This document shows, one piece after another, positions 12,791-24,645 of a DNA stretch of 64,000 nt; positions within the stretch are counted from its first letter, which is position 1, and each line of letters opens with the position of its first letter. The position numbers and the translations under genes are program-made. The DNA is from Candidatus Moraniibacteriota bacterium (lineage in GTDB: Bacteria > Patescibacteriota > Minisyncoccia > Moranbacterales > UBA1568), in assembly GCA_016182385.1 (NCBI GenBank), contig JACPGV010000002.1, positions 55,553 to 119,552 on the forward strand, read 5' to 3'. A model generated the notes under the pieces. That model saw only the letters and a program-made list of their open reading frames with translations. It had not been told where the DNA came from and made no database searches.

Positions 12791-15172
12791 ATGGGACGTA
12801 AGAAAAAGGTAGTAGAGGAGTCGGAAGAAAAATCCGGTTTCCCATTTGAAGATATTTTGCATAGTGATGCCAAACGGAGTATCGCGGCGGTTTTTTTGTT
12901 GGCCTTTTCCGTATTGTTTTTGTTGGCCTTTTTTCATTCGGCCGGTCTTTTTGGTGTATGGCTCGATAAAGGGTGTGGTATATTTCTTGGTTTTGGAAAA
13001 TGGTTATTTCCTTTACTCCTTCTTCTTTCGGGCATCATGTTTCTTACAAGACGTACCACGACGTTGGCCGACGCTGTAAAGTTTATCGGTTTATTAACGA
13101 GTTTTTTCGCACTGCTTGGTTTATTACACCTCTATCAGGGGGGTGGAAATATAGACAGTCTTATCGTGCTCGCACGGCAAGGGGAAGGTGGTGGCTTTGT
13201 TGGTTTTGCTCTCTCTTATGTTCTCTTGTACTTTACCGGCGCTTTGGCCGGAACCATCATTGCTTTCACTCTTTTTTTGATAGGGATTATTGCCGCTTTC
13301 AACGTTTCCTTGATTCATTGTTTTGAGTATCTCCGAGAAAAAATAAAATCAAAACATTCCGAATCGGAAGTGATTGATGAATCTTTGCTTGGGTCGTCAG
13401 AAATGGATCCATCTTTGGGTACTCAGACGGAAGTGGGTGTCACCGCGCCCGAGACGGTTTCGGAACAAGAGATGGCGCTTGAAGAGAACAATATTCGTAA
13501 TGTGCAGTTTCATGACGAAGAAGAAAAGGCTTCCTTGCAACAAGAAGAAAAGAGCGAGGAAGTTTCAGTCGAAAAAAGCGAAGTATCATCGCGTCATCAG
13601 AAGACGAGGCGTCGAGGATATGTTCGCTGGGAATTGCCGCCAGTTGATCTTTTGGAATCGACCAGCGGGCAGGCAGTGGGCGGAGATACGGAACGCAATA
13701 AGCATATCATTCAAAGCACACTCAAATACTTTGGTATTCAGGTAGAACCAGGTGAGGTTCGTGTCGGACCGACTGTGACTCAATATACGTTTCGTCCGGC
13801 ATTTGGAGTGAAACTTTCTCGTATTACGACGCTTTCCAATGATCTGGCTCTTGCGCTCGCGGCACAGTCTATTCGTATTGAGGCGCCTATTCCTGGTCAA
13901 TCACTTATTGGTATTGAAATCCCCAATAAATCCGTTGCCACGGTAAGACTCAAGGCGATTCTTGAAAGCAAAGAATTTCATGAGCGTAAGTCCGATTTAA
14001 CGTTGGTACTTGGGCAGGATGTCGCTGGTAAGCATGTTCTTGCTGATCTTCGCAAAATGCCACACCTTCTTATCGCCGGACGCACTGGATCGGGAAAGAG
14101 TGTTTGTATAAACACGCTTCTTCTTTCTCTTTTGTATCAGAATTCCCCAGAGGATCTCAAACTTATTTTGGTTGATCCGAAGCGTGTTGAACTTTCCACG
14201 TATAAGGGAATTCCCCATTTACGAACCGATGTCATTGTTGAAAATAAAAAAGTGGTCAACGTGCTTCGTTGGGCGGTTGGTGAGATGGAACATCGTTACA
14301 AGGTACTGGAGGAAGTACACGCGCGTGACCTTTTTTCTTACAGGGAAAAATGTGTTCGTGGTGAAACAAAGACCACGGTAGACGCGGAAACGGGGAAGGT
14401 GCGTGAAGAATCTCTCGAATCTTTGCCGTACATTGTTATTGTTATTGATGAGATGGCGGATTTGATGGTGGCGCACGGTAAAGAAGTGGAGGCACTTATT
14501 ATTCGTCTGGCACAAATGTCTCGCGCTATCGGCATCCATCTTATTTTGGCGACGCAACGACCGAGTGTTGAAGTTCTTACTGGCCTTATTAAGGCAAATA
14601 TTCCCACGCGTGTTGCGTTTCAGGTGACGACGCAGATTGATTCACGCACCATTCTTGATAGTGGTGGTGCGGAAAAATTGCTTGGAAACGGCGATATGTT
14701 GTATGCGTCATCAGAAGGTACGGAGATGAAACGTTTGCAAGGAGTTTTTGTTTCTGATGATGAGGTAAAGCGGGTCACTGCTTTTTTGCGGAAACAGAAA
14801 GAAGATCTTGGAGAGGATGAGATCGGAGAGGATCTTGGAGGGACGACAAGAGAGACGGATAGTATTACGGCAGCGATAGATGCTTTGGACGAAGGATCCA
14901 AAGAAGATGATCTGTATGAAGAGGCGAAGCGTCTTGTTGTGGAGACGGGGCGCGCTTCTACGACGTATTTGCAAACGGCGCTTGGTATTGGTTATCCGCG
15001 TGGAGCACGGCTGATGCATCTTTTGGAACAAAATGGCGTAGTGGGAATAGTTGAGGGAAAGAAAAAAGTTCTTTTGAGTAAAAGTGAAACAGCTCCTTCC
15101 GAGATAGAGGAAAAAAAGTATGGTGATGATGCTTTCACCGATCAAACAGAGCGTGATAAGTGGCAGTTATGA
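12791..15172 (+). CDS. ftsK: DNA translocase FtsK/SpoIIIE
   Basis: N-terminal TMs, PHLLIAGRTGSGKS, IDEMADLM, LATQRPS, C-terminal gamma domain. Confidence 0.97.
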   Translation: MGRKKKVVEESEEKSGFPFEDILHSDAKRSIAAVFLLAFSVLFLLAFFHSAGLFGVWLDKGCGIFLGFGKWLFPLLLLLSGIMFLTRRTTTLADAVKFIGLLTSFFALLGLLHLYQGGGNIDSLIVLARQGEGGGFVGFALSYVLLYFTGALAGTIIAFTLFLIGIIAAFNVSLIHCFEYLREKIKSKHSESEVIDESLLGSSEMDPSLGTQTEVGVTAPETVSEQEMALEENNIRNVQFHDEEEKASLQQEEKSEEVSVEKSEVSSRHQKTRRRGYVRWELPPVDLLESTSGQAVGGDTERNKHIIQSTLKYFGIQVEPGEVRVGPTVTQYTFRPAFGVKLSRITTLSNDLALALAAQSIRIEAPIPGQSLIGIEIPNKSVATVRLKAILESKEFHERKSDLTLVLGQDVAGKHVLADLRKMPHLLIAGRTGSGKSVCINTLLLSLLYQNSPEDLKLILVDPKRVELSTYKGIPHLRTDVIVENKKVVNVLRWAVGEMEHRYKVLEEVHARDLFSYREKCVRGETKTTVDAETGKVREESLESLPYIVIVIDEMADLMVAHGKEVEALIIRLAQMSRAIGIHLILATQRPSVEVLTGLIKANIPTRVAFQVTTQIDSRTILDSGGAEKLLGNGDMLYASSEGTEMKRLQGVFVSDDEVKRVTAFLRKQKEDLGEDEIGEDLGGTTRETDSITAAIDALDEGSKEDDLYEEAKRLVVETGRASTTYLQTALGIGYPRGARLMHLLEQNGVVGIVEGKKKVLLSKSETAPSEIEEKKYGDDAFTDQTERDKWQL

Positions 15173-15195
15173 ATATAAAGTGAGAAGGTATATTT

Positions 15196-16176
15196 ATGAT
15201 AAATTCCGGTTTTACAAGAAAAAAAGTGGAGTCGCTTACTTTGGGCGAAAAGCTCAAGAAGTTGCGAAGTGATTGCCGAATGAGTTTGGCTGAGGTTTCC
15301 AAGGGAACAAAGATACAGGTAAAATATCTTGAGTATTTGGAAGTAGGACAATATGAAAAATTGCCGGCCGACGTGTATGTGAGAGGATTTTTGCGGAGTT
15401 ATGCTCGGTATCTCAATCTTGATGAAGAAGCGCTGGTGAAATTGTATGAGCGAGAAAGAAACATTCAAACAAATTTGGGCCTTGATGCCGGCAATAATAA
15501 TACTCACACGGAACGTTTTTTGGGAACATCTTCTCTTGTTATCACCTCAAGATCGATCATATTTATCATTATCGTCTTATTAACAAGTGGGTCTTTTTGG
15601 TATCTTTTTCGTGAATTTCAGGCTTTTGCCGGAGAACCAAGATTGACTATATTTGAACCGCTTGAAGAAAGTATCGTAGAAACAAGCCAAGTTGTTGTAA
15701 AGGGAAAAACTGACAAGGGGGCGCGGGTTTCCATCAATAATCAACCGGTATTCGTTGGTGGAGAAGGTGATTTTTCTGACACGTTATTGTTGCAACCCGG
15801 ACTGAGCACCATCACCGTTGTTTCGGTAAATCGTTTTGACAAAGAAAAAACAAAAACGTTTTCTGTGGAAGCGCGGTATACTCCTACAGTAGCTGAAGAT
15901 ATTTCTGGTAAGGAACATCAAAATCGCTTTCGTGTTAAGATACGGAGCGGACAGAGTGCCATTCGTCTTACCGTAGAATCTGATGGGCAGATTGTTTTTA
16001 ACGGAACGTTTCAGTCTGGAGAAGATGTAATCTTTGATGTCAAAGAACGTCTCAGTATTGTTTCAGAAAAACCGGAAGAGACGCTCGTTTCCTTTAATGA
16101 CGGCAAAGAAGAGTCGCTGGGAGGGAAAGAGGAGAGCCAGAAGACCTTTTTCTTTGATTCCTCAGGGAAAAAATGA
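15196..16176 (+). CDS. rodZ: RodZ-like HTH-TM protein with Ig-like extracellular domain
   Basis: LGEKLKKLR...YLEYLE.G.YEKLP..VYVRGFLRSYARYL (HTH_25) followed by a single TM. Lies between ftsK and recA. Confidence 0.8.
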   Translation: MINSGFTRKKVESLTLGEKLKKLRSDCRMSLAEVSKGTKIQVKYLEYLEVGQYEKLPADVYVRGFLRSYARYLNLDEEALVKLYERERNIQTNLGLDAGNNNTHTERFLGTSSLVITSRSIIFIIIVLLTSGSFWYLFREFQAFAGEPRLTIFEPLEESIVETSQVVVKGKTDKGARVSINNQPVFVGGEGDFSDTLLLQPGLSTITVVSVNRFDKEKTKTFSVEARYTPTVAEDISGKEHQNRFRVKIRSGQSAIRLTVESDGQIVFNGTFQSGEDVIFDVKERLSIVSEKPEETLVSFNDGKEESLGGKEESQKTFFFDSSGKK

Positions 16177-16239
16177 TCGAGTGGAAGTTCGTTGAAAGAT
16201 GTATTACAATGGAAGGGTACAAGTATTAGCAATATTTTT

Positions 16240-17271
16240 ATGGCCAAGCAAAAATCAGCAGTAGAGGGAAAGAAAAAAATAGAGAGCGTTTTGGATGCCA
16301 TCCAGGAGAAGTTTGGCGAAGGAATGATGATGAAGTTAGGTGATGTTCGTAAAGTGGATGTGGAGGCTATCCCGACCGGCTCAGTGTCTCTTGATATCGC
16401 ACTCGGTATTGGTGGGGTACCGCGAGGGCGGGTGGTTGAGGTGTATGGACCGGAGTCTTCCGGAAAAACGACACTGACCCTCCATATTGTTGCCAATGCT
16501 CAGAAGGCTGGCGGAGTAGCGGCGTTTGTGGACGCTGAACATGCCCTTGATCCGGAATATGCCAAGCGTATCGGTGTCAATATTAATGATCTTCTTATTT
16601 CTCAACCGGATACCGGTGAACAGGCACTTGATATCGTAGAAACGCTTGTCCGTTCCAATATGGTAGATGTTATTGTTATTGATTCGGTGGCGGCGCTTGT
16701 GCCGAAGGCGGAAATTGAAGGTGAAATGGGCGATCAGCACGTTGGACGACAGGCACGACTTATGTCCCAGGCTCTTCGCAAATTAACTGCTATCATCGCC
16801 CGATCGAATGTGGTGGTGATTTTTATCAACCAGATCCGAATGAAGATTGGCGTGATGTTCGGCAACCCAGAAACGACAACTGGCGGACAAGCTCTCAAAT
16901 TTTATTCATCGGTTCGTCTGGAAGTGCGGAGAAGTGCTCAAATTAAGAGAGGGGAGAGTGTTGTGGGAAACCGCGTCAAAGTGAAAGTGGTCAAAAATAA
17001 GGTGGCGGCCCCATTTCGTACGGCAGAATTTGATATTATGTACAATGAGGGGATTTCTTTCGCCGGCGATCTTCTTGATACGGGAGTGCTTTATGGTGTC
17101 GTGAAAAAGAGTGGTAATTCATTTATGTTTGGAGACGCAAAACTCGGTGTCGGTCGAGAGAATGCCAAAACATTTTTGAAAGAAAATTCAAAAATTGAAA
17201 AAGAGCTGGAAAAAGCGATTTTGAAACAAGCCAAGGAAGGAACGGTACCTTCTTTGGATAAAGAGGAATAA
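16240..17271 (+). CDS. recA: Recombinase RecA
   Basis: [39 protein letters not shown]. Start taken as MAKQK. Confidence 0.99.
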   Translation: MAKQKSAVEGKKKIESVLDAIQEKFGEGMMMKLGDVRKVDVEAIPTGSVSLDIALGIGGVPRGRVVEVYGPESSGKTTLTLHIVANAQKAGGVAAFVDAEHALDPEYAKRIGVNINDLLISQPDTGEQALDIVETLVRSNMVDVIVIDSVAALVPKAEIEGEMGDQHVGRQARLMSQALRKLTAIIARSNVVVIFINQIRMKIGVMFGNPETTTGGQALKFYSSVRLEVRRSAQIKRGESVVGNRVKVKVVKNKVAAPFRTAEFDIMYNEGISFAGDLLDTGVLYGVVKKSGNSFMFGDAKLGVGRENAKTFLKENSKIEKELEKAILKQAKEGTVPSLDKEE

Positions 17272-17297
17272 AGAATTTTTCCTGTAAGAATAAAAAA

Positions 17298-17331
17298 AAG
17301 CGACTCCATCCATAAGGTGGGTCGTTTTTTT
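17298..17331 (+). terminator. Intrinsic terminator after recA
   Basis: AAGCGAC-TCCATC...GGTGG-GTCGTTT followed by a T-tract. Confidence 0.65.
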
Positions 17332-17389
17332 GTGGTAAAAATATTGTTGGTAGGAGAACGAGCGATAATATCTGTGGTATACTTTATTT

Positions 17390-18667
17390 ATGGCGAAAAA
17401 ATACATTTCAAAAACTCTCTTGTTTATCATGAGCGGAACAATTTTTGTTTCAGTTTTTTTGATGTTTGGCGACCATCAAAGCATTTTAGCAGAGGAAAGC
17501 GCGGATGAAATCAAAGACGACATTGAAAAAATAGAGAAGAAGCTTAAGGATGCTCAAAAAAAAGAAGATGTGTTGGAACAAAGTTTGTCACAAATCAACT
17601 CTTCTCTTACTTCGACACAACAGCTTATTCTCAAAACACAGACGCTTCTTAATCAAACTGCACAAACTATTGATCAGAAACAATCAGAAATAGAGAGTTT
17701 GGAACAGCAGTTGTCTTTTGAGAAGAAGGTTCTCAGTGGCCTTATTCAAGAGCTGTATTTTTCGGGATCAGTGCCATTTGCCGAGTCAATACTTCTGGGT
17801 GATGATTTGGGAAGTTTGTTACAGAATGAAGGAGGACTTTTGTCGACACAGGAAGAGATGCAGGAGGTAATTCGCAGTATTAATACCATGAAAGGAAAAG
17901 TGGTTGATGAAAAGATTTCCTTGGAGGACGTAAAAAAAGATCATGAGACGTTGTTGGCAATAAAAAATAAGCAAAAACAGAATTTGGTTTTGGAAAAACA
18001 TGAAACAGAAGACGATTTGGAGGATCAACAAGCGACTGTTTCCGAACTCGAATCGAAACTCAATGAATTGAAGGGCGATTTGAATAAATTGCTTGGGGGA
18101 AGCTATAACGCCAAGAATATTAAAGACGCAATAAAATTTGCCGCTGGAAAGACGGGTATTCGGGAAGGATTTTTGTTTGGTATGCTTTCTGTTGAATCGC
18201 GTTTGGGAGCATCGGTTGGCGGATGTGACTACAAACAAAGCAGAATGAGTAGTTATCGTTTGGGGATTTTTAAAGAAATCGCCAAGGAGATTGGCAAAGA
18301 CTATCGCAAGCTGAAGGTATCCTGCCCGCCCAGGAGCTATAAGGGAACGGGGGGTGCTATGGGCGCGGCACAATTTATGTCCGATACTTGGAAGGGGTAC
18401 AAGAGTACGATTGCCTCGCGGACAGGACATAATCCGCCGGATCCGTGGAATTTGACGGATGGTGTGATGGCGATGGCTTCTAAACTTCAAAATGATGGCG
18501 GTGCCAAAAGCGGAAAAACAACCATTACCAGTCCTTGTACTGGTAAGAAGATAAGTGTCAAATGGGAGACGTACGCTTCGATGCGATATCTCGGTTGGTC
18601 TTGTTATGCTCTCAATAATTATTCCAAGACTATCCAGAGTCTGTCCGGAAATTACAAAAATCTCTAA
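17390..18667 (+). CDS. Secreted coiled-coil protein with C-terminal lytic murein transglycosylase (SLT-like) domain
   Basis: Signal/TM, long heptad coiled coil, then catalytic VES motif and GAMGAAQFMSDTW...DPWNLTD. Confidence 0.85.
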   Translation: MAKKYISKTLLFIMSGTIFVSVFLMFGDHQSILAEESADEIKDDIEKIEKKLKDAQKKEDVLEQSLSQINSSLTSTQQLILKTQTLLNQTAQTIDQKQSEIESLEQQLSFEKKVLSGLIQELYFSGSVPFAESILLGDDLGSLLQNEGGLLSTQEEMQEVIRSINTMKGKVVDEKISLEDVKKDHETLLAIKNKQKQNLVLEKHETEDDLEDQQATVSELESKLNELKGDLNKLLGGSYNAKNIKDAIKFAAGKTGIREGFLFGMLSVESRLGASVGGCDYKQSRMSSYRLGIFKEIAKEIGKDYRKLKVSCPPRSYKGTGGAMGAAQFMSDTWKGYKSTIASRTGHNPPDPWNLTDGVMAMASKLQNDGGAKSGKTTITSPCTGKKISVKWETYASMRYLGWSCYALNNYSKTIQSLSGNYKNL

Positions 18668-18677
18668 TTTCGTAGAG

Positions 18678-18780
18678 CGGACCAGTCAGCTCTTGCCAGA
18701 ATGGGAAATATCTGGTAGACTCTCTAAACAACTGAGAAAGTCCGATGTTTCTCCCGCCCGTGAAGGGATTAGGAGGAATA
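18678..18780 (+). ncRNA. Unassigned structured RNA candidate between the transglycosylase gene and rpsF
   Basis: CGGAC/GTCCG, TCAG/CTGA and TGCCAGA/TCTGGTA form a long hairpin. A second hairpin TGTTTCTCC/GGAGGAATA has an inner CCC/GGG stem. Confidence 0.4.
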
Positions 18781-18783
18781 AGC

Positions 18784-18818
18784 TCCCAAGCAGAGGATTT
18801 TCTTTGTTGGGGATTTTT
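18784..18818 (+). terminator. Terminator/attenuator hairpin upstream of rpsF
   Basis: TCCCAAGCAGAGGA...TTCTTTGTTGGGGA followed by TTTTT. Confidence 0.65.
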
Positions 18819-18846
18819 ATTTGTAAAAGCTAGAAGCTCCATATTT

Positions 18847-19344
18847 ATGGCAGTAGAATACGAATTGTTGTATCTTGTCGGTGAATCAAAGGAAAGTGAA
18901 TTGCCTCGCATTCGTGAGACCGTGGAGAAAATGGTAACGGATCAAGGAGGGGTATTTCTTCCGGCACAGACGGAAGAAAAACGAAAGATGGCCTATATGG
19001 TAAAAAACGAAGTGCGTGGAATGTATATCGCCCGTCGTTTTACTTTGCCGGATAAGGATGAACGCGAGGAAAAAGAGGAGACACATCCGCTCACTCGTAT
19101 CAATCGGGCGCTACAGCTCTCTAAAGACGTGTTGCGTTTTTTGATTTTATCGGCAAAAGGACTTCCGGAACTCAAGGCTATTGAGCGCGTGGAGCGCGTG
19201 AAAACGGATAATCGTTCTGGACGGTATGAAAAGCGTGGCGCGGTCCGCCCTATGCCGCAGGCGCCGGTGATTGCAGCGGAAGAAACAAAGACTGTCAGTC
19301 AGGAAGAAATTGATGCTCAATTGAAAGAAAAACTTGATATTTAG
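18847..19344 (+). CDS. rpsF: 30S ribosomal protein bS6 with C-terminal extension
   Basis: YELLYL...KRKMAYMV...G.Y...VLRFLI. Position in rpsF-ssb-rpsR. Confidence 0.9.
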   Translation: MAVEYELLYLVGESKESELPRIRETVEKMVTDQGGVFLPAQTEEKRKMAYMVKNEVRGMYIARRFTLPDKDEREEKEETHPLTRINRALQLSKDVLRFLILSAKGLPELKAIERVERVKTDNRSGRYEKRGAVRPMPQAPVIAAEETKTVSQEEIDAQLKEKLDI

Positions 19345-19452
19345 GATGAAGCGATTTTCGGTGGGGAGTGCTCGAGGAAGAAAAGAATTTTAAAAGAATA
19401 AATAATAAATCAATACGGCTTTTATGGCTTTTGAAAAAAGCCATAAAAACTT

Positions 19453-19935
19453 ATGACGAGTATGAACGTCAACAAAGCTATCCTTGTCGGGCGATTGACG
19501 AGGGATCCGGATATGCGAACCACTCCGTCCGGACAGACGGTAGCGACACTTTCGATGGCTACCAATAATTTTTGGACAGATAAGAGTGGTACGCGACAGG
19601 AACGAACGGAGTTTCATAACGTTGTACTCTGGGGACGATTGGCGGAAATTGCCGGTCAGTATCTTACCAAGGGACAGGAGTGCTTTGTGGAGGGGCGTTT
19701 GCAGACGAGAGAATATACCGCAAAAGACGGCACCCAACGCAGAGTGACGGAAATTATCGGAGAAACAATGCAACTTGGTAATCGTGCGCAGGGAAGTGGA
19801 CAAGGTTCTCCTCGCAGTACAGCGCCGCAAAAACAAAACTCTGGAGCAACGGGAGCACCCGTTGAGGAGGAAATCCCGACTATTCATCTTGATGATGAAA
19901 AGGAAGAAATCAAAATTGAGGATGTTCCTTTTTAA
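19453..19935 (+). CDS. ssb: Single-stranded DNA-binding protein
   Basis: NKAILVGRLTRDP, TEFHNVVLWGRLAE, C-terminal EDVPF. Confidence 0.98.
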   Translation: MTSMNVNKAILVGRLTRDPDMRTTPSGQTVATLSMATNNFWTDKSGTRQERTEFHNVVLWGRLAEIAGQYLTKGQECFVEGRLQTREYTAKDGTQRRVTEIIGETMQLGNRAQGSGQGSPRSTAPQKQNSGATGAPVEEEIPTIHLDDEKEEIKIEDVPF

Positions 19936-19991
19936 AGAAGGAATTGTTAAGAAGTTTTTAATTTTTGAAGATAGAGTATATGGAAGCAGCA

Positions 19992-20174
19992 ATGAGTAAG
20001 AAGTTGGCAAAACTTGATTATAAGGACGCTTATTTTCTTCGTAAGTTTCTTAATTCCCAAGGGAAAATGTATCCTCCGAAGCGATACGGTCTTTCCGCGA
20101 AAGAACAGCGAGCGGTGGCTCTGGCCATCAAGCGCGCTCGTTTTATGGCGCTTGTTCCATACGTTGTGAAGTAA
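19992..20174 (+). CDS. rpsR: 30S ribosomal protein bS18 (short, no Zn-Cys)
   Basis: DYKD...GK...G..AK.QR....AIKRARFMALVPY. Confidence 0.95.
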   Translation: MSKKLAKLDYKDAYFLRKFLNSQGKMYPPKRYGLSAKEQRAVALAIKRARFMALVPYVVK

Positions 20175-20215
20175 AAAGTGTAACCGGAGAGGAATATCAT
20201 TTTTTCTTTATTCGT

Positions 20216-20773
20216 ATGCTTGGACTAACTGAAATCAAAACAGGAAAAAGAATCATTTTTAACGGAGAACCGTTTCTCGTACTTGATTATCAACATTCAA
20301 AAACCGGTCGAGCTGGAGCGGTACTTCGTACCAAATTAAAAAATCTTCTGACCGGCGCTATTATTGATCAAACTTTTCAGGGGGCCGATAAAGTCGAAGA
20401 GGCAGAAGTTTCCAAATCACTTGCCCAATATCTTTATCATGAAGGGGAAGAGTATCTGTTTATGGATACGGAGAGTTATGATCAGTTTTCTCTTGCGAAA
20501 AATGTTCTTGGTAATGCCATTCATTATCTCGTGGAAGGTACCGAAGTGACGGTGCTTAATTGGAATGAACGACAAATAAACGTGGAAATTCCTGTGAAGG
20601 TAACCTTGACCGTTACGGATGCGCCTCCGGGTATCAAGGGTGATACGGCCTCAGGCGGCGATAAGGTTGTGACGCTTGAAACAGGTCTTCAGATAACAAC
20701 GCCGCTTTTTGTTAAAACGGGCGATTCGTTGATCGTTAATACGGAAAAAGGGTCATACGTTTCTCGAGCGTAA
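20216..20773 (+). CDS. efp: Elongation factor P
   Basis: TDAPPGIKGDTASGG, LETG...PLFV..GD...VNTEKGSYVSRA. Confidence 0.97.
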   Translation: MLGLTEIKTGKRIIFNGEPFLVLDYQHSKTGRAGAVLRTKLKNLLTGAIIDQTFQGADKVEEAEVSKSLAQYLYHEGEEYLFMDTESYDQFSLAKNVLGNAIHYLVEGTEVTVLNWNERQINVEIPVKVTLTVTDAPPGIKGDTASGGDKVVTLETGLQITTPLFVKTGDSLIVNTEKGSYVSRA

Positions 20774-20939
20774 GAGAGATATCAAGGCGATGGAATGTAT
20801 AAAAAAGCTTTATTGGAAGGAAATTTTGACATAAATATCCTTTGCTTTTTTTCAAGAAAACAGCTATACTTAGAAAAGGGAGGCCCGCTTGTTTTTTGAA
20901 GTGGGTTTTCTTTCGGAAAAGATTTCCTTTGTTGACGAT

Positions 20940-21320
20940 ATGTCGTTTACATTTTATTTGTGGGGGATACGTCTTTTCACTTTACTTTCCTTTTTTTCCT
21001 GGATGGGCATTATTTTTATGCTTGATCCCGAAGAAGCAGGAAGGGCTGGAAGCATTCTTTTTTTCCTTAGCTTTTTCACGTTTACGATTGGCGTCATGAC
21101 ACTTTTTTTGATGTATGCCTATCGTCGAGCCCTGGGAGGTAATGGAGTGATAGAGTATATAGGAAGTATTTTTCGACAAGCAACACTTCTTGGTATGTGT
21201 TGTGTCGGCGGTCTCATCCTTCAGTATATGCGGGTGATGACGTGGTGGAGCGTCGGTTTATTGATAGCAACGCTTCTTTTGCTTGAGCTTTCTTTCCGGC
21301 GTATCTTTTCAGCAAAATAA
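20940..21320 (+). CDS. Small 4-TM membrane protein
   Basis: Hydrophobic segments with LDP...FRQA..L...LQ motif. Start set at ATG 20940. Confidence 0.7.
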   Translation: MSFTFYLWGIRLFTLLSFFSWMGIIFMLDPEEAGRAGSILFFLSFFTFTIGVMTLFLMYAYRRALGGNGVIEYIGSIFRQATLLGMCCVGGLILQYMRVMTWWSVGLLIATLLLLELSFRRIFSAK

Positions 21321-21344
21321 TCACTATCAAAGATTCATTATTGA

Positions 21345-23402
<2,058 letters not shown>

Positions 23403-23499
23403 CCCTTTGCTTGACCAAGCCTTTTTTGTATGGTATCGTATGGAAACTTATGAAGGATGATCGTTTTTGCTGGAGAGTCATTTGTTTGAGGTGTTCTTT

Positions 23500-23820
23500 A
23501 TGAAGATGGCACTTGAAAATATCCAATCTCTGATTCGTTGCCCGGTCTGCAATAAAAAATATCGGTCAATGAAGATGCTCGTTCTTGATGAGGACGATAA
23601 AAAGACAACCTTGCATCTTTCTTGCGAAGGATGTAAGGCGTCGTCGATTGTTTTCGTGTCAATGGGACAGTTTGGCGTAGTCAGTCTTGGTTTTCTTACT
23701 GACCTCAAACAGAGTGAAGCGAAAACGGTATTTTCGGAAGAGGTTGTTTCTACGGACCAAGTGATTGAAGCCCATCAGTTTTTGAAACAGTATACCGGGG
23801 GGGTTGAAGCATTTTTGTAA
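23500..23820 (+). CDS. Hypothetical Zn-ribbon protein (CxxC-x23-CxxC)
   Basis: CPVC...HLSCEGC, with C-terminal TDL...E...F...V..DQVIE.HQFL. Confidence 0.7.
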   Translation: MKMALENIQSLIRCPVCNKKYRSMKMLVLDEDDKKTTLHLSCEGCKASSIVFVSMGQFGVVSLGFLTDLKQSEAKTVFSEEVVSTDQVIEAHQFLKQYTGGVEAFL

Positions 23821-23858
23821 TTTTCTAGAGAAATTTAAAGCAATTAATAAAGAATGTT

Positions 23859-24536
23859 ATGGCAGAGTTACTCTTACAAGTAAAGAATCGTGAGGCAGCA
23901 GGAAAAGATTTGTATGCGATGCGAAAGCAAGGTTTTATCCCGGCAGTGCTTTATGGTCATGGTGTTAAGCAACAGATGTTTTGGGTTCGACATATTGACT
24001 TCGTTAAGCTTTACGTCAAGGCCGGCGAAAGCAGTATTGTCGAAGTAGCGCCTGAGAAGGGGAAGGTAGTGAATGTTATTATTCATGATGTCCAAACCGA
24101 CCCGCTTTCCAACCATTACGAACACGTTGATTTTTTTCAGGTACGTATGGACGAGAAACTCGAAACGCACGTGCCGCTTGAATTTGTCGGTGAGGCGCCG
24201 GCTGTTCGAGAATTGGGCGGTATTCTCGTGAAGCCACTTGAAGAAGTGCTGATCAGTTGTTTACCGAAGGATTTGCCTCGTGTTATCGCGGTGGATATTT
24301 CTTTATTGAAAACATTTGATGATCATATTCAAATCAAAGATATAGTGATTCCAGCCGGTGTGGAAATCTTGGCGGACAAGGAAATGGCTATCGTTCTTGT
24401 CGAGCCGCCACGCACGGAGTCAGAAATGGCCGCTCTTGATGAGAAGGTAGAAGGCGACGTAACAAAAGTCGAGGGCGTTGTCAAAGAAAGCGCCACGGAG
24501 ACTCCCTCTGTCACGGAAAAAGAAGGGGGAAAGTAA
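23859..24536 (+). CDS. rplY: 50S ribosomal protein bL25/Ctc
   Basis: G.IPAVLYG, Q.DP......HVDF, VPLEFVGEAPAV..GG, CLPKDLP. Confidence 0.95.
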   Translation: MAELLLQVKNREAAGKDLYAMRKQGFIPAVLYGHGVKQQMFWVRHIDFVKLYVKAGESSIVEVAPEKGKVVNVIIHDVQTDPLSNHYEHVDFFQVRMDEKLETHVPLEFVGEAPAVRELGGILVKPLEEVLISCLPKDLPRVIAVDISLLKTFDDHIQIKDIVIPAGVEILADKEMAIVLVEPPRTESEMAALDEKVEGDVTKVEGVVKESATETPSVTEKEGGK

Positions 24537-24559
24537 AGCGGGAAGAAAATAGTAGTATT

Positions 24560-24593
24560 AAAAGCGCTCAGAGTTCCTATTCTGGGCGTTTTT
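24560..24593 (+). terminator. Intrinsic terminator after rplY
   Basis: AAAGCGCTCAGA...TCTGGGCGTTTTT. Confidence 0.75.
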
Positions 24594-24610
24594 GAATTAA
24601 ATTCTTTTTA

Positions 24611-24639
24611 TTGACAAGAGATTGTTTTTTTGCTATAAT
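24611..24639 (+). promoter_or_regulatory. Perfect-consensus sigma70 promoter with extended -10 and AT-rich upstream region
   Basis: TTGACA (24611-16), 17 nt, TATAAT (24634-39) preceded by TGc. Confidence 0.9.
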
Positions 24640-24645
24640 TAAAGG

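Noticed and set aside
18730-18745. CTGAGAAAGTCCG resembling RNase P (GAGGAAAGUCC), the TPP riboswitch (CUGAGA) or a hammerhead core
   Set aside because: The remaining conserved elements of each family (RNase P 3' P4 strand and length, TPP CUGAU/UAAU/AGGGA, hammerhead CUGANGA...GAAA) are absent.
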